Shown piece by piece: positions 24,655-35,032 of a stretch of DNA of 64,000 nucleotides. How positions within the stretch are numbered: the stretch's first letter is position 1; each line of letters starts with the position of its first letter. Below the pieces are notes generated by a model, which saw only the letters and a list, made by a program, of their open reading frames with translations, searched no databases and was not told the DNA's origin. The stretch lies in sequence record NC_052653.1. The stretch is one strand, 5' to 3'. Both the position numbers and the translations under genes were made by a program. This DNA comes from Escherichia phage vB_vPM_PD06.

Positions 24655-26539
24655 ATGTAACATTGACTGTAAATCTGACAAGAGGTGATAACACGTCATT
24701 ATCAGCATCATAATGTGCAACATCAAACACTGCTGTACCTGCTGCAAACCCGTATTGTTCAACCTGATCTGCATAAGTAAATGTGTAAGTGTTAGTATCA
24801 AGAGTTTGTTCTGTAAGAATTGCTGCTGTGAGGACGTTTACATTTCGGAAGTAATGTTTGGTATATCCTGCTGGTTCCCAAGAAATAATTGCATCTTGGT
24901 TAGCTTGTCTTACAGCGGCTCCTCCTGTTGGAACAGCCATATCAACCCAAACAGGTGACGTTGATGTTAGGTCTGTACCGTCTGCTGCTGATTTAGCAAG
25001 TTTTGTAGCTGCTGTCTGGTATATAGAAGAAATATAATGGATACGACCATCAATACCTTCTTCATAAACATAACCACTGTAGCGTTCAGCACCATCCACC
25101 CAAGAACCAATGATAACATCGTCACGTGCTGTAGAGATGGTTCTTTGTACATTTCTGTATTTCTGCCAATCCACACCATTAACTTCTACACCATATAGAT
25201 AAGAACGTCCTAGGATCTGCCAAACAATTTTTGCTTGAGAAGCAGGAACTATTGTACGCATCTTATCAAAGATAGCTATCGTAGCATCATGGTAACGTGT
25301 AGTGTTACTGTATCTACCTGCAACAGTCGAAGATGCTGATACAGCATCATTTTCACCTTGTCCCCAAATAATTGCTTTAACCTTACTTGCATAAGGTGTG
25401 ACTTTAGTGATAAAGTTAGTTAAGCATGGCCCGTCTGCTGTGTTATCCAGATCATACCAGTAGTTGTCTGGTGTACCTGTTCCGGCTTTATCATCTGCAT
25501 ATTTATCTGCTGCTGACGATCCAGAAGCTGCATTTAACGGAAGAACTTCAGCATTTGCTAAACCACGTTGCGTAGCATATGCATTACGGGTTGTTGTGCT
25601 ACTCATTGCTGCTTTATTTGCACCAGATAATTCTGTAAAGTGTGCATTTACGTTATCTTGTCCAGCAAAGACAATAACTTCTTTAATGAATGAATCATCT
25701 GTAGCTATTGAGTTATTAAAGATAACGGCTGCTGCTTTGGTGCTCTTAACGCTAATTTTAAGGTATGTTGGAGCAAACCCATAAAGAGGAATAGAGTCAG
25801 AGATATCAAAGTAGGCGTAAGTATTCGTGGTTGTTGTAGTCCACTGGACACTGTTATTACTTAAATCTAATACTTCTACAGTATAAGTATCACCATCTAG
25901 CGGATCAGCTACATCCCAAGCAACACGAATGTCTCCATAGCTGTTTGCCACGGCTGTTACATTAGAAATAACAGGAACAGCATTAACACCTAAATAAGAA
26001 CTATCAGAGGCCACCACTGTTCCTTGATAAGTTGCAGTGCAACCTATACGGCAACTGCCATCTTTAAGAGCAGTTATTAATCCTGTAGGACTTACAGTAG
26101 CTACTTCTGGATCTGTTGTGGTGTACGTAATTACCATATCTGGAAGGTCTTTAGCACCTTCTGGACTGATTGTAGCAACCAATTGTTGAGTAGTTCCTGC
26201 ATCCATAGCAGACAGACTTTCAGTGTACACACTTAATTCTGAAGCATAGCCACCAGATTGATCAGTTAAGACAGCACCTAAATTATTTTTAGCTGTCATT
26301 ATTGCATCAAAACCGCCTTCAGCAACAAACTCCATCATACCGTTATTATCTATAACCATTTTGGTATTATCTGAAGATGAAAAAGCTATATCAAATAACG
26401 CACCATCTTCTGGTGAAACTGTGTATGTCAGTTGCTTTTTACTACCAACTATTGCAATACCAATAGAGGAAGTGGTTATAGATGTAGCTGTTACTACTGA
26501 AGCTGATGTTGTTGACATAAATAAAGGAATAGGATACAT
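24653..26539 (-). CDS. tail-associated protein with Ig-like (Big_2), FN3-like and SASA/sialate-O-acetylesterase-like domains
   Basis: Big_2-like VATISPEGAKD...ATVSPTGLITALKDGSCRI. Esterase-like blocks VIVFAGQDNVN and IIWGQGENDA. AAGGAG RBS. Confidence 0.7.
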   Translation of the reverse strand: MYPIPLFMSTTSASVVTATSITTSSIGIAIVGSKKQLTYTVSPEDGALFDIAFSSSDNTKMVIDNNGMMEFVAEGGFDAIMTAKNNLGAVLTDQSGGYASELSVYTESLSAMDAGTTQQLVATISPEGAKDLPDMVITYTTTDPEVATVSPTGLITALKDGSCRIGCTATYQGTVVASDSSYLGVNAVPVISNVTAVANSYGDIRVAWDVADPLDGDTYTVEVLDLSNNSVQWTTTTTNTYAYFDISDSIPLYGFAPTYLKISVKSTKAAAVIFNNSIATDDSFIKEVIVFAGQDNVNAHFTELSGANKAAMSSTTTRNAYATQRGLANAEVLPLNAASGSSAADKYADDKAGTGTPDNYWYDLDNTADGPCLTNFITKVTPYASKVKAIIWGQGENDAVSASSTVAGRYSNTTRYHDATIAIFDKMRTIVPASQAKIVWQILGRSYLYGVEVNGVDWQKYRNVQRTISTARDDVIIGSWVDGAERYSGYVYEEGIDGRIHYISSIYQTAATKLAKSAADGTDLTSTSPVWVDMAVPTGGAAVRQANQDAIISWEPAGYTKHYFRNVNVLTAAILTEQTLDTNTYTFTYADQVEQYGFAAGTAVFDVAHYDADNDVLSPLVRFTVNVT

Positions 26540-26550
26540 TTAATCTCCTT

Positions 26551-26575
26551 AAATAATAAGCCCCCGAAGGGGCTT
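26551..26575 (-). terminator. rho-independent terminator (TTCG loop on - strand)
   Basis: The - strand reads agcccc-ttcg-ggggct followed by tattattt. Confidence 0.55.
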
Positions 26576-26578
26576 TGA

Positions 26579-28549
26579 TTATGTGCGTTTAGCAACAATA
26601 GCATCCACGTAATCGCCAACACCACAATATGTTAGTTGTAGTATTGTTACTCCGTTAGGATCTGTATTAATATCACTGGAACCAATTACTTTGTAAGATG
26701 GATCTAAAGTAACAGTACGACCTCCAGTGGCATCTTGGATAAGATAAACTATTGCAGAGAATGGTTTAGGTTTTGTACTATCTTCGACACCAGGCCATGC
26801 TTTTATAGTAGCGTTACCAGTAAGATTCAACACATTCATGTTATGTGTTCCTGGAGGTGTCCAGTCCCCTGTAACAGAATTGTTGGTATATGCTGTAACC
26901 TCTATAAAATTAGTTGTTACTTTTGTTGGAACTATATCTTGACCATCTACAGAATTAGTGAGTTCTTCCCATGCCCCATCTTTACGAGCATAAGTCTTAC
27001 CATCACTAGGTGCATCTGTGATACTAGGTAGTGTACCTTGAGAAGTCCAGACAGTTGCAGATGTTTTTAAGAACACCTCGCCAGTGGAGATATTAAAGGC
27101 ATAATCACCTTGTTTACCATCACTAGAGATTGGATCTGTTGTTTTAACAATCCAAGTTGCACCGTCTGTACCGTTAGTACCAGCGTCACCTTTCTCACCT
27201 TTTTCACCCTTATCACCTTTCAAACTACCCATATCTACATATTCAGCAGTTTGAGTTTGTTCATTATAGGTGTAAATGTAAAGATGACCTGTATCTTCCG
27301 TCAGATAAGCATCACCGTAATTGGCTGTAGGAGGAAGCGCACTTGCAGACGCAACGTGTCCTTTTGCAGTGATTGGAGTACCAGCTAAACGACCAACATT
27401 TGTCCACTCTGTGGCTCCTTGCAACCAGACCCAAAGTTCATTATTGATCAGATAACCATCACCCTCTTCTCCAGTTTGTGGTAGTTCAGAAGTGTTAGTC
27501 AGAATGTCAATAATGGTCAACCCTGCACCAGTTGGCCCCGTCAAGCCTTGTATACCCTGTGCACCTTGATCACCCTTGTCTCCCTTATCACCTTTTTCTC
27601 CTTTCAGAGAGGCAATATATTCGTCAATAGTACCAACGTTACCAGCATTTAACCAGACTTGATAAGCTGAATCACCAGTGTTACCCTTATCACCTTTGTC
27701 GCCTTTATCTCCTTTTGGCCCCACTATAGCACCCATATTGATCCATTCTACACCGTTTGACACGTATAGATATGTACCAACACTCCATGCTTGAGATGTG
27801 TTTCCATGAGATGCAGAAGGAAGATCTGAAACGGAATTAGCTGCGCCTTGGTAATCAAAACCATTAGCATTATTACCTGGCACACCTTGTGGCCCCTCTG
27901 GGCCAGGCTCCCCTTTATCACCTTTAATTGAAGCAAGATAATCTAGTTCTGTACCTTCATTTCCTGCTGCAAGCCATACTTCATAAGCAGATTTACCTTC
28001 TGGCCCCTGTGAGTTTACTTTTCTCCAAGCAGTACCATCCCAAGCATACATATTCTCGCCTACAATCCATGCATCCCCTGCATTGTTTCCACTTGTAGGT
28101 AATTGGTTGGTATTAGATAGTGTCCCTAATAGCTTTAATGGAGCACCTGGATCACCTTTTAAAGAAGCCAACCACTGTGTCTCAGTACCTTGGAAACCAT
28201 TGTCTACGGCAATCTGGTAAGCTGATTTACCAGCTTCTGGGATGGATTCTCTAAGATCTTCAATTTCAGCTTCAATAGCATCTAATTCTGATTCTATTTG
28301 AGCAATGTCATCTGCATTACCCACATTTTTCCAAGCTGTATCTGAAATCCCTCCAGTAGATGTAGGAGTAGAGTTAGCAGGTACAACTTTAGGTAGAGAA
28401 CCTTTCCACTGATAGTAGTTACCGTCAGCTTCAAAGAGCAATGCTTCACGAGCATCTCTTAAGGTAAAACCACTTGCAAAACTTCTACGCTTTCTATAGC
28501 GAGACTCTACCATGTCTGCAATGGCACTATTTGGACGTGTTAAAATCAC
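26579..28549 (-). CDS. collagen-like repeat tail fibre, GTG start
   Basis: G-X-Y tracts (GDKGEPGPEGPQGVPG, GPKGDKGDKGDKGNTGD, GEKGDKGDKGDQGAQGIQGLTGPTGAG, GDKGEKGEKGDAGTNGTDG) alternate with SAYQ...ASLKG modules. Confidence 0.85.
   Translation of the reverse strand: MILTRPNSAIADMVESRYRKRRSFASGFTLRDAREALLFEADGNYYQWKGSLPKVVPANSTPTSTGGISDTAWKNVGNADDIAQIESELDAIEAEIEDLRESIPEAGKSAYQIAVDNGFQGTETQWLASLKGDPGAPLKLLGTLSNTNQLPTSGNNAGDAWIVGENMYAWDGTAWRKVNSQGPEGKSAYEVWLAAGNEGTELDYLASIKGDKGEPGPEGPQGVPGNNANGFDYQGAANSVSDLPSASHGNTSQAWSVGTYLYVSNGVEWINMGAIVGPKGDKGDKGDKGNTGDSAYQVWLNAGNVGTIDEYIASLKGEKGDKGDKGDQGAQGIQGLTGPTGAGLTIIDILTNTSELPQTGEEGDGYLINNELWVWLQGATEWTNVGRLAGTPITAKGHVASASALPPTANYGDAYLTEDTGHLYIYTYNEQTQTAEYVDMGSLKGDKGEKGEKGDAGTNGTDGATWIVKTTDPISSDGKQGDYAFNISTGEVFLKTSATVWTSQGTLPSITDAPSDGKTYARKDGAWEELTNSVDGQDIVPTKVTTNFIEVTAYTNNSVTGDWTPPGTHNMNVLNLTGNATIKAWPGVEDSTKPKPFSAIVYLIQDATGGRTVTLDPSYKVIGSSDINTDPNGVTILQLTYCGVGDYVDAIVAKRT
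27140..28228 (-). repeat. internal coding repeats of the fibre gene (about four units)
   Basis: A repeated unit of collagen tract, then (K/D)SAY(Q/E)(I/V)...Y(L/I)ASLKG, then LP..G..W.V....Y.W.G..W..VG, seen four times (the last partial). Confidence 0.7.
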
Positions 28550-28565
28550 TTTACTACTCCTTTTA

Positions 28566-28588
28566 TAAAGGGGCGAAAGCCCCTTTTA
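28566..28588 (-). terminator. GC hairpin/terminator after the tailspike gene
   Basis: aaaggggc-gaaa-gccccttt with AT-rich runs on both sides. Confidence 0.45.
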
Positions 28589-28589
28589 A

Positions 28590-31004
28590 TTAAGCATTAT
28601 TGACAGTAACAAAAGTAACAGGGTTCAGAGCTTTAATTTGTGTATTCTCTGCTGTAGGTGTTACAATTGGATCTGCAATATCTATTGTGTACAAACTATT
28701 TGTCACATATGTAGCACGTGCTATAGTTGTCACAAGATCGCCGCCATTTGCACCTGCACCTGGAATAACAATCTTAGTACCTGCTGCTTTAGCGTAGCCA
28801 TTACTAGCCCAGTTTAAAGCATTAGACTGTAGATAGGTTTGACCTGTAACAGTTGCTTTTATTTTCTCATTATCACTAAAGAAAGCACCACCTGCTGTAA
28901 CAACGTGTTTTTTACCGCTTGCACAATGAATAACTGTTCCAGTAGGGAAGTCACGCCCACCTGGGAATTCATCATAATCTGTAAAATATTGTTCAGAAAT
29001 AGTGGTTAAGACTGGCCCACGATGACCTGTACCATCAACAGCAGTTGGAACACCAAAGTTATTTCCAACCTGATCGCAACGATCCGTGTAGATTTTAGCA
29101 AAAGAAACTGTTGTTTCATCTCCGCTAAGTGCTGTACATCCTACCCACTTCATATAAGTGAATTGGCTGCGAGTATAGAAACCGCCACCACTTCCTTCTC
29201 CGCTCCCGTGTTGACCAATAAAGTCAATACTACGGCAACGAATATTATTAAAAGTAGAGCTAGATGGTAGCCCACGCCATTTAAAATCATTACAATTGAT
29301 GTTACTAACAATTGTAGAGTTTTCCCAGGCGTCTGATCCAGCCGTTGCAATCTCAATCGAAGATTCTGGAATATCCAAATTCTTAATTGTAAAGTTAATT
29401 GGTGGCCCCGCATATCTTCCACCGTTAACACCCCAGTCAATAAAGACCATGCGTGTTGAAACAGACGGATCATTAAGCAGATAACCAGTTAAACCATCAA
29501 CTTCAAAGTCTTGGCATCCGTATAATGCAACACCACAAGTAGTTAAACCTGTACCTGTTGAAACTGCTGTGTTAGGATAAACTTCGTTATCACGTATTGT
29601 GAAGTTTTTACCCATTTCAACGTGTAGACATTGACGGCAATTGTAAACTCTATTTCCAACGATACTGAAGTTACGTACATATTGTGAATCAGGAGCATCA
29701 ACACCATATGGGCCACTACCTGCTACACCAATACCAATACCCCAGTTTGCACCTTGTCCAGAAGCATCTACGTTAGCAATGTGGTTATTCTCGATGATCA
29801 AACCTTCAGTGTAGTGTCTTTGAACTACGTTAAGTTCAATAGCATCACCTTTAATATCGTGAATATAGTTGTTAGAGTAACGCCCATAGGTCATTACTTC
29901 TCCAGTACCTTGTTGCAGGATCGCATATTTACAACCATACATTTCGTTGTAACTGAAGTCCAACGTACCTTCACTTGTCATTGCTTGCATTAAAAATGCT
30001 GCTGTAGATGTTGCGTTGGAGAAGATATTACGATAGAATCGGCAATCACCACCTAACATCTTAACATAACATTTTTCAAAGCGAACGTTTTCAATCCAAC
30101 AGGACACAGTAGAAATCATTGTTCCACCGTTACCAGTGAATGTACCACCATACCAACGAATACCAGACATAGCAATTGAGCTTGTGAATCTATAATTCTT
30201 ATCTGCACGTACTTGAATGTTATTCGTGTTAGCGAAAGTAATGGTTTTTAGAATTGCTTGAGTATCATCGGTAACTCCATCACCAATTGCACCAAACTGC
30301 TCAGGCGTTACAAAGTATTGAGCTTGTAACAGGTTGCCTCCAGATGGAAGACCAACCATTGCTGCACCAGTGGTAGATGACAAAAGGTTTTTCTCTACGT
30401 AAGAAGTAGAGGCTGTTGTTTTACCAATAAAAGCAAACAATTTGTTAGGTAGACCAGTAGACGGATCTAAACCTAATGGTTCTGCCAGAATAATTTTACT
30501 ATCTTTGATAGTAAATGCTTCACCTTGAATCTGAATTACACCGTTAATGGTGACAATAGCATTATCAAAGATATAAGGAGGACTGATTTCTGTTTCATAT
30601 CCTGTAGCACCTTTAAAATACCAAGGATACACATCTGAAGCTAACTGTTCAGTTTTAAGAGCGTACAGAGTCCAGTTACTGTCCCCTACAGGTGTGCCCC
30701 GCATAGGTACAGGGTTCGCAGTAGTGGCAGATGGGGCATAATAGTACCCACTCAAGATACCGTTTTCAAAATAACGTAACTGGTTAAATACAGTTTCAGT
30801 TGATCCTGCTGACCAAGCAACAGGACTCTTAAAGAAGAAGTTATCAACAAGTGCTTTACGCAGTGTAGGTATTAAACCTGTTTCGGTTTCTACAGTTGCT
30901 GTAGCATCCCCATTAATAACATCATGCATCTGGTTAGACGAGAATATAACCAGATCAACACCTTGTTCTAGTGTCGTAGCAGGATATGTTGGAAAATTCG
31001 CCAT
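28590..31004 (-). CDS. tailspike with pectate-lyase-3 / right-handed beta-helix depolymerase domain
   Basis: VTPEQFGAIGDGVTDDTQAI is the hallmark Pectate_lyase_3 N-cap. Long Gly/Asn-rich beta-helix-like body (804 aa). Confidence 0.8.
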   Translation of the reverse strand: MANFPTYPATTLEQGVDLVIFSSNQMHDVINGDATATVETETGLIPTLRKALVDNFFFKSPVAWSAGSTETVFNQLRYFENGILSGYYYAPSATTANPVPMRGTPVGDSNWTLYALKTEQLASDVYPWYFKGATGYETEISPPYIFDNAIVTINGVIQIQGEAFTIKDSKIILAEPLGLDPSTGLPNKLFAFIGKTTASTSYVEKNLLSSTTGAAMVGLPSGGNLLQAQYFVTPEQFGAIGDGVTDDTQAILKTITFANTNNIQVRADKNYRFTSSIAMSGIRWYGGTFTGNGGTMISTVSCWIENVRFEKCYVKMLGGDCRFYRNIFSNATSTAAFLMQAMTSEGTLDFSYNEMYGCKYAILQQGTGEVMTYGRYSNNYIHDIKGDAIELNVVQRHYTEGLIIENNHIANVDASGQGANWGIGIGVAGSGPYGVDAPDSQYVRNFSIVGNRVYNCRQCLHVEMGKNFTIRDNEVYPNTAVSTGTGLTTCGVALYGCQDFEVDGLTGYLLNDPSVSTRMVFIDWGVNGGRYAGPPINFTIKNLDIPESSIEIATAGSDAWENSTIVSNINCNDFKWRGLPSSSTFNNIRCRSIDFIGQHGSGEGSGGGFYTRSQFTYMKWVGCTALSGDETTVSFAKIYTDRCDQVGNNFGVPTAVDGTGHRGPVLTTISEQYFTDYDEFPGGRDFPTGTVIHCASGKKHVVTAGGAFFSDNEKIKATVTGQTYLQSNALNWASNGYAKAAGTKIVIPGAGANGGDLVTTIARATYVTNSLYTIDIADPIVTPTAENTQIKALNPVTFVTVNNA

Positions 31005-31345
31005 TAATTTTTGTCCTTACTTTGTGTGCGCTTTGTAATCTCCTCTAGCATTAATTGAACAGGAGCATTTTTTAAATCCATTATTTTTTCAATCTTCTGT
31101 TCTAAGGCAGTATTATTTGCCATTAATGTAGAGTTGATCTGGTTAAGCATTTGAGCAAGTTCTGCTTTGGTAGCATAAGTGGATTCAACAAACACCAACT
31201 TCTTTTCTAGTTCACGGTATTTCTCTTCCATTTTGTCCAAATCACTTGCCATATCATCTATCTTCTGTTTGAAGACCACCCAGATTACACCAATAAGAGG
31301 GATAATCGCCTCTTTAGCGATATCCCATACTTCTGTTAGCTCCAT
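31004..31345 (-). CDS. membrane-anchored coiled-coil protein (113 aa)
   Basis: One N-terminal TM (AIIPLIGVIWVVF) followed by a heptad-rich helix. ATGA-type coupling to the downstream gene. Confidence 0.6.
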   Translation of the reverse strand: MELTEVWDIAKEAIIPLIGVIWVVFKQKIDDMASDLDKMEEKYRELEKKLVFVESTYATKAELAQMLNQINSTLMANNTALEQKIEKIMDLKNAPVQLMLEEITKRTQSKDKN

Positions 31346-31354
31346 ACATTACCC

Positions 31355-31906
31355 CTATTTCTTAGGTCTTGTAGGCCAAGTTATATTAGGTGCATCTTCA
31401 ACGTTAATTTGAATCAGTGTTGCACGATATAGTTTAACTTTTCCTAACCAATCTTTTTGTTCTTGAGATAAACCTTGTAATTCCTCTAAATCTTGAATCG
31501 CAGACACTTGATTCGTAGCCCAAGTTAACTCCTTTTCTAACTTAAGAGTAGCATCTTCAATAGCAAGACTATTGTGAGGAACAAATTTACCTTCAACATA
31601 TTGCCAAGAGCCAATATTACTTTCATCTTCTATTTTATCTGGTGCATTATATGTAACTAAAATAGATTGTCCGGCAGGGAAATAGGTAGTAACATCTTTA
31701 GTAGCACCACGTACAATATTATTATCATCTAAGGTAATGAAATAAGCGTCGGGATATTCAGCCATCAAAGTTTTTTGAAGTTGATACCAATCATTACCAT
31801 CCTTGTCTTGCAAAAAACCACCGCCAACAGAAAGATAAAGAATGTTCTCCTCTGTTAATTCCGGTTCGTACAATTCAAAACCTGTAAAAATAACATCTTT
31901 TTTCAT
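31355..31906 (-). CDS. tail fibre assembly chaperone (Tfa-like)
   Basis: C-terminal pattern KDWLGKVKLYRATLIQINVEDAPNITWPTRP is typical of the tail-fibre-assembly family. Follows a fibre gene. Confidence 0.7.
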   Translation of the reverse strand: MKKDVIFTGFELYEPELTEENILYLSVGGGFLQDKDGNDWYQLQKTLMAEYPDAYFITLDDNNIVRGATKDVTTYFPAGQSILVTYNAPDKIEDESNIGSWQYVEGKFVPHNSLAIEDATLKLEKELTWATNQVSAIQDLEELQGLSQEQKDWLGKVKLYRATLIQINVEDAPNITWPTRPKK

Positions 31907-31915
31907 AGACTCTCC

Positions 31916-32899
31916 TTATGAAACGTTGGTTACTGTTATCCAGCTACCATTAATATAATATTGTAGCGGGGCTGACCAATACCAAGCACCACGAAGTTCT
32001 TTCTTATCACCAAAGCCCCAACCTGTGATCACGTGACCAGCATAGAAACGAGACTCGGACACACCAGCTTGGATACGTGCTCCTAGACGGATAGAAGACA
32101 CAACAGAAGAAACTCTATTGTTAATGTTATTAATTTGGCCTTGCAAGTTGCTATTAACGTTGTTAATATTATTTTGCAGTGTACTTTGCAATGAGTTTAG
32201 TCTTGAGTTAAGATAATCTAATCTTACAAGAGCATTACCATTGCCAGTATCTTGACCAGAATTAGAACGAGGATTGTCTATTAAAACATAACCTGCATCA
32301 TACAAACGGACTCCACAAGATGTTCCTCCAGTAGATGGATTTATTCTATAAATATAGAGTTGACCACCTGCACCTGGTTCAGAAGACATATTGCCTACTG
32401 TTTGTCCATTATAGTTTCTAAAAAATAATGTTGCAGGATCTGTAGCACCTGTACCACAAGTGTAAATATCACCTGCATAGATAGCACCACCATTATCACG
32501 CTTAACAAGGACATTCCCTACAACTTGGCTTGATGTTGCGTCTGTAATGTTAGCTGATAAGTGATTGTGACTGTTATCTACGACTTGAATAGATAATGTT
32601 ACAGCAGCATTACCATTCCATGTAACTTCACCTGTAGCATCACCTGCCATTGTAATTTTAGTACCGACTATAGGAAGATATGTCGTAGGCAATGTTGGGA
32701 AGAATTCATCTTGCATATAGCGAATCCAAGACCCAATATTGTTTAAGATCCAGTTCATTTCTTCACAAGTCATAATCTGACCAAAGTCCATACCGACATT
32801 ACGGATGGTTTCTTTTGGTCTAATCTTGTTTGTGTTTCCCGTTCCTGGGAGGGTTACTGTTTGTGTCGCCCAGTCAGGGTAGTATTGTGGCTTTGCCAT
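31916..32899 (-). CDS. tail fibre protein
   Basis: 327 aa, Gly/Asn-rich, with an Asn-rich heptad stretch (NNINNVNSNLQGQINNINNRV). Sits between the baseplate genes and the Tfa gene. Confidence 0.7.
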   Translation of the reverse strand: MAKPQYYPDWATQTVTLPGTGNTNKIRPKETIRNVGMDFGQIMTCEEMNWILNNIGSWIRYMQDEFFPTLPTTYLPIVGTKITMAGDATGEVTWNGNAAVTLSIQVVDNSHNHLSANITDATSSQVVGNVLVKRDNGGAIYAGDIYTCGTGATDPATLFFRNYNGQTVGNMSSEPGAGGQLYIYRINPSTGGTSCGVRLYDAGYVLIDNPRSNSGQDTGNGNALVRLDYLNSRLNSLQSTLQNNINNVNSNLQGQINNINNRVSSVVSSIRLGARIQAGVSESRFYAGHVITGWGFGDKKELRGAWYWSAPLQYYINGSWITVTNVS

Positions 32900-32912
32900 T
32901 AAGGGTAACTCC

Positions 32913-33542
32913 TTATTCTATTTGAGCTATCAGCATAGTCATTCGCCCTGTATCATCTCCTTCAGCCTCTGTGTAAAGAGAACCTAAACCACCTATACCA
33001 TGAGGTGGATTTGTGGCATAATAGGAAGTGAAACCAAAGGCTGAACCCGCTTTCGCACCTAAGCGATAACTACTTAGGATCGGGAAAACGTTAAGTAACT
33101 GTGCTACTGCCTGATCGGATTGTAGACACAAATTATAAAAGAATACGTCGAATGTTTTATTTAATCCAACGTATGTATTAATCGTTTCTTTTTCTGTTCC
33201 TGTAAAACGAGCGAACATATCAATGATATCATCTCGCGTACCAGAAGACGCAACACGATAAGCCCTGATTTTTAATATTGTACGATACTCTTCATCTGTA
33301 GCACCATTTCTTTCCATCCCCATTTCTTCACCAATAAGATCTAAATACTTACCAGTTGCAGTAGAGATTAAGCGGTGTTTGGCAAGATAGATCATTGCCT
33401 GATCTATCTTTTGTTTTTCGCTAGAAATGATATAGAGTAGTTTGACAATGTTCGGAGAAGATTTAAAATCTTCAATCAGTAGGTCTTTAACATCTTCATT
33501 GATACTATCCCACGTTGTCACATGGTCAACACTCACTGCCAT
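32913..33542 (-). CDS. baseplate wedge protein (gpI/DUF2612-like)
   Basis: Lies directly downstream of the J-like gene. The N-terminal pattern resembles DUF2612-type baseplate proteins. Assignment is tentative. Confidence 0.55.
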   Translation of the reverse strand: MAVSVDHVTTWDSINEDVKDLLIEDFKSSPNIVKLLYIISSEKQKIDQAMIYLAKHRLISTATGKYLDLIGEEMGMERNGATDEEYRTILKIRAYRVASSGTRDDIIDMFARFTGTEKETINTYVGLNKTFDVFFYNLCLQSDQAVAQLLNVFPILSSYRLGAKAGSAFGFTSYYATNPPHGIGGLGSLYTEAEGDDTGRMTMLIAQIE

Positions 33543-33544
33543 TT

Positions 33545-35032
33545 TTAGACTCCGTACTCGTAGGAAATATTATCAAGGTCAAAGGATGGTACAACATTGT
33601 ACGCTGGAGTAATATCTCCCTCATTATATTTACTGTCATCCTCAGTATTAAGTTTAACATAAACACGGAGAGAAGTCAAGCGTCCGAACGCAAGTGCAGA
33701 ATAAATTACACCTTTTATCTGATCGTTAGTTACTGTTGACCCTAATTCAAAATAAGCCTGTAAGTTTGCAAGAGCAGAAACAATATTTTCCCTTTCTGTT
33801 GTACTTAACACACTACCATTGCCAGTTTGATACACCAGTTTAAGCGAGTATTCCGCATTATCCCCAGGAGAAAAACGAATTACTTCTTGACCACCATCTT
33901 CTGTTATGATAGTAATTGCTGTTGTACCATAGGTTAAGGTGTTAATAGGCTTAGTATTATAAATAACCTGTGCAACTTCTTCTGCTGTACCACCATACAC
34001 AATAGTCTGGAATGTCATAGCTGGAGCATGTTCCTGATCATGTAGTGTAGGGTTATCATAAATCTTAACCTTTGTCACACCATCTGTCAGTAGTAGAGCT
34101 TTAACAATAGCAGCACGAGTAGCAGCATTAGCTTCATCCATATTATCATTGAAACGAGAGCGGAATTCTGCATCTGTTTCAACATCCGTACCTGGAGAGA
34201 ATGGATAGAAGTTACCTGTATCTAAAAAGCCTGTAAACGTTGAAGAAATACCTGTAATACTTTCTGTACCTACTGGATTATAACCAACGTCTGAACACGT
34301 AACTGGAATTTCACTCCATTTTGTACCAATTGCAATAGATGCGTAAAATTTCACTGGTGTTACTAGACCTATTGGGTTAACATTATCTTCTGGATTATAA
34401 CCCATATAAACATTACTAGCATCATTCCATACTAAAGCACGATCTGTTGTTGATACGTTAGCTTTAATGAAATTCGTGAGATCTAAAATAAAGTTTGTAT
34501 TGCTAGGACTTAATGTTTTACTGTTAAGACCACCATCAATAGCACTTTGAATGTAGAAAGTAATAGAAGTTTCACCAGAAGCTGTTGCGTTTGCTTTAGA
34601 AATGGTGTATGCTCCAATCTTAGCATTCAACATTGTTGGTGCACTGACATAATATGTCAAATCGTTATCGGCATTAAAATAAACATCTGTGCTTAGCTCA
34701 TAAGTCCAAGCTGCCTTATTGTTAGATTTAACATAAGCATGACCACTACCAGCAGAAGCAGCTTTACGATAAAAACCTCTTTTAGAGAAGATTTCATCAA
34801 GGTAAATACCTTCTGCACCATCTAAGGTTTGGGTATTGTAAACACCTTGCATACCTTCCCAAAGGGTGTAATCTGTGTATGCAATAATACGGAACAGTTG
34901 ACCAAAGACAGTATCTTCAGATGTAGCTGTATCTGCACCGAAAGTGTTTTTCAATGCTGTCATATAATTATTTAAAATATCATCAAACGTTGGAATTACA
35001 AAACCAGCATCTGTTAAACCATAATCTGCCAT
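33545..35032 (-). CDS. baseplate J-like (T4 gp6-like) wedge protein
   Basis: 495 aa, positioned upstream of the gpI-like and fibre genes. Baseplate_J-like composition. AAGGAGG RBS. Confidence 0.65.
   Translation of the reverse strand: MADYGLTDAGFVIPTFDDILNNYMTALKNTFGADTATSEDTVFGQLFRIIAYTDYTLWEGMQGVYNTQTLDGAEGIYLDEIFSKRGFYRKAASAGSGHAYVKSNNKAAWTYELSTDVYFNADNDLTYYVSAPTMLNAKIGAYTISKANATASGETSITFYIQSAIDGGLNSKTLSPSNTNFILDLTNFIKANVSTTDRALVWNDASNVYMGYNPEDNVNPIGLVTPVKFYASIAIGTKWSEIPVTCSDVGYNPVGTESITGISSTFTGFLDTGNFYPFSPGTDVETDAEFRSRFNDNMDEANAATRAAIVKALLLTDGVTKVKIYDNPTLHDQEHAPAMTFQTIVYGGTAEEVAQVIYNTKPINTLTYGTTAITIITEDGGQEVIRFSPGDNAEYSLKLVYQTGNGSVLSTTERENIVSALANLQAYFELGSTVTNDQIKGVIYSALAFGRLTSLRVYVKLNTEDDSKYNEGDITPAYNVVPSFDLDNISYEYGV

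Noticed and set aside
27140-28228. Short periodic repeats (GATAAAGGT-type) that could be mistaken for a CRISPR array or satellite.
   Set aside because: They are in frame and encode Gly-X-Y collagen-like tracts within a long ORF. There is no repeat-spacer architecture and there are no cas genes.
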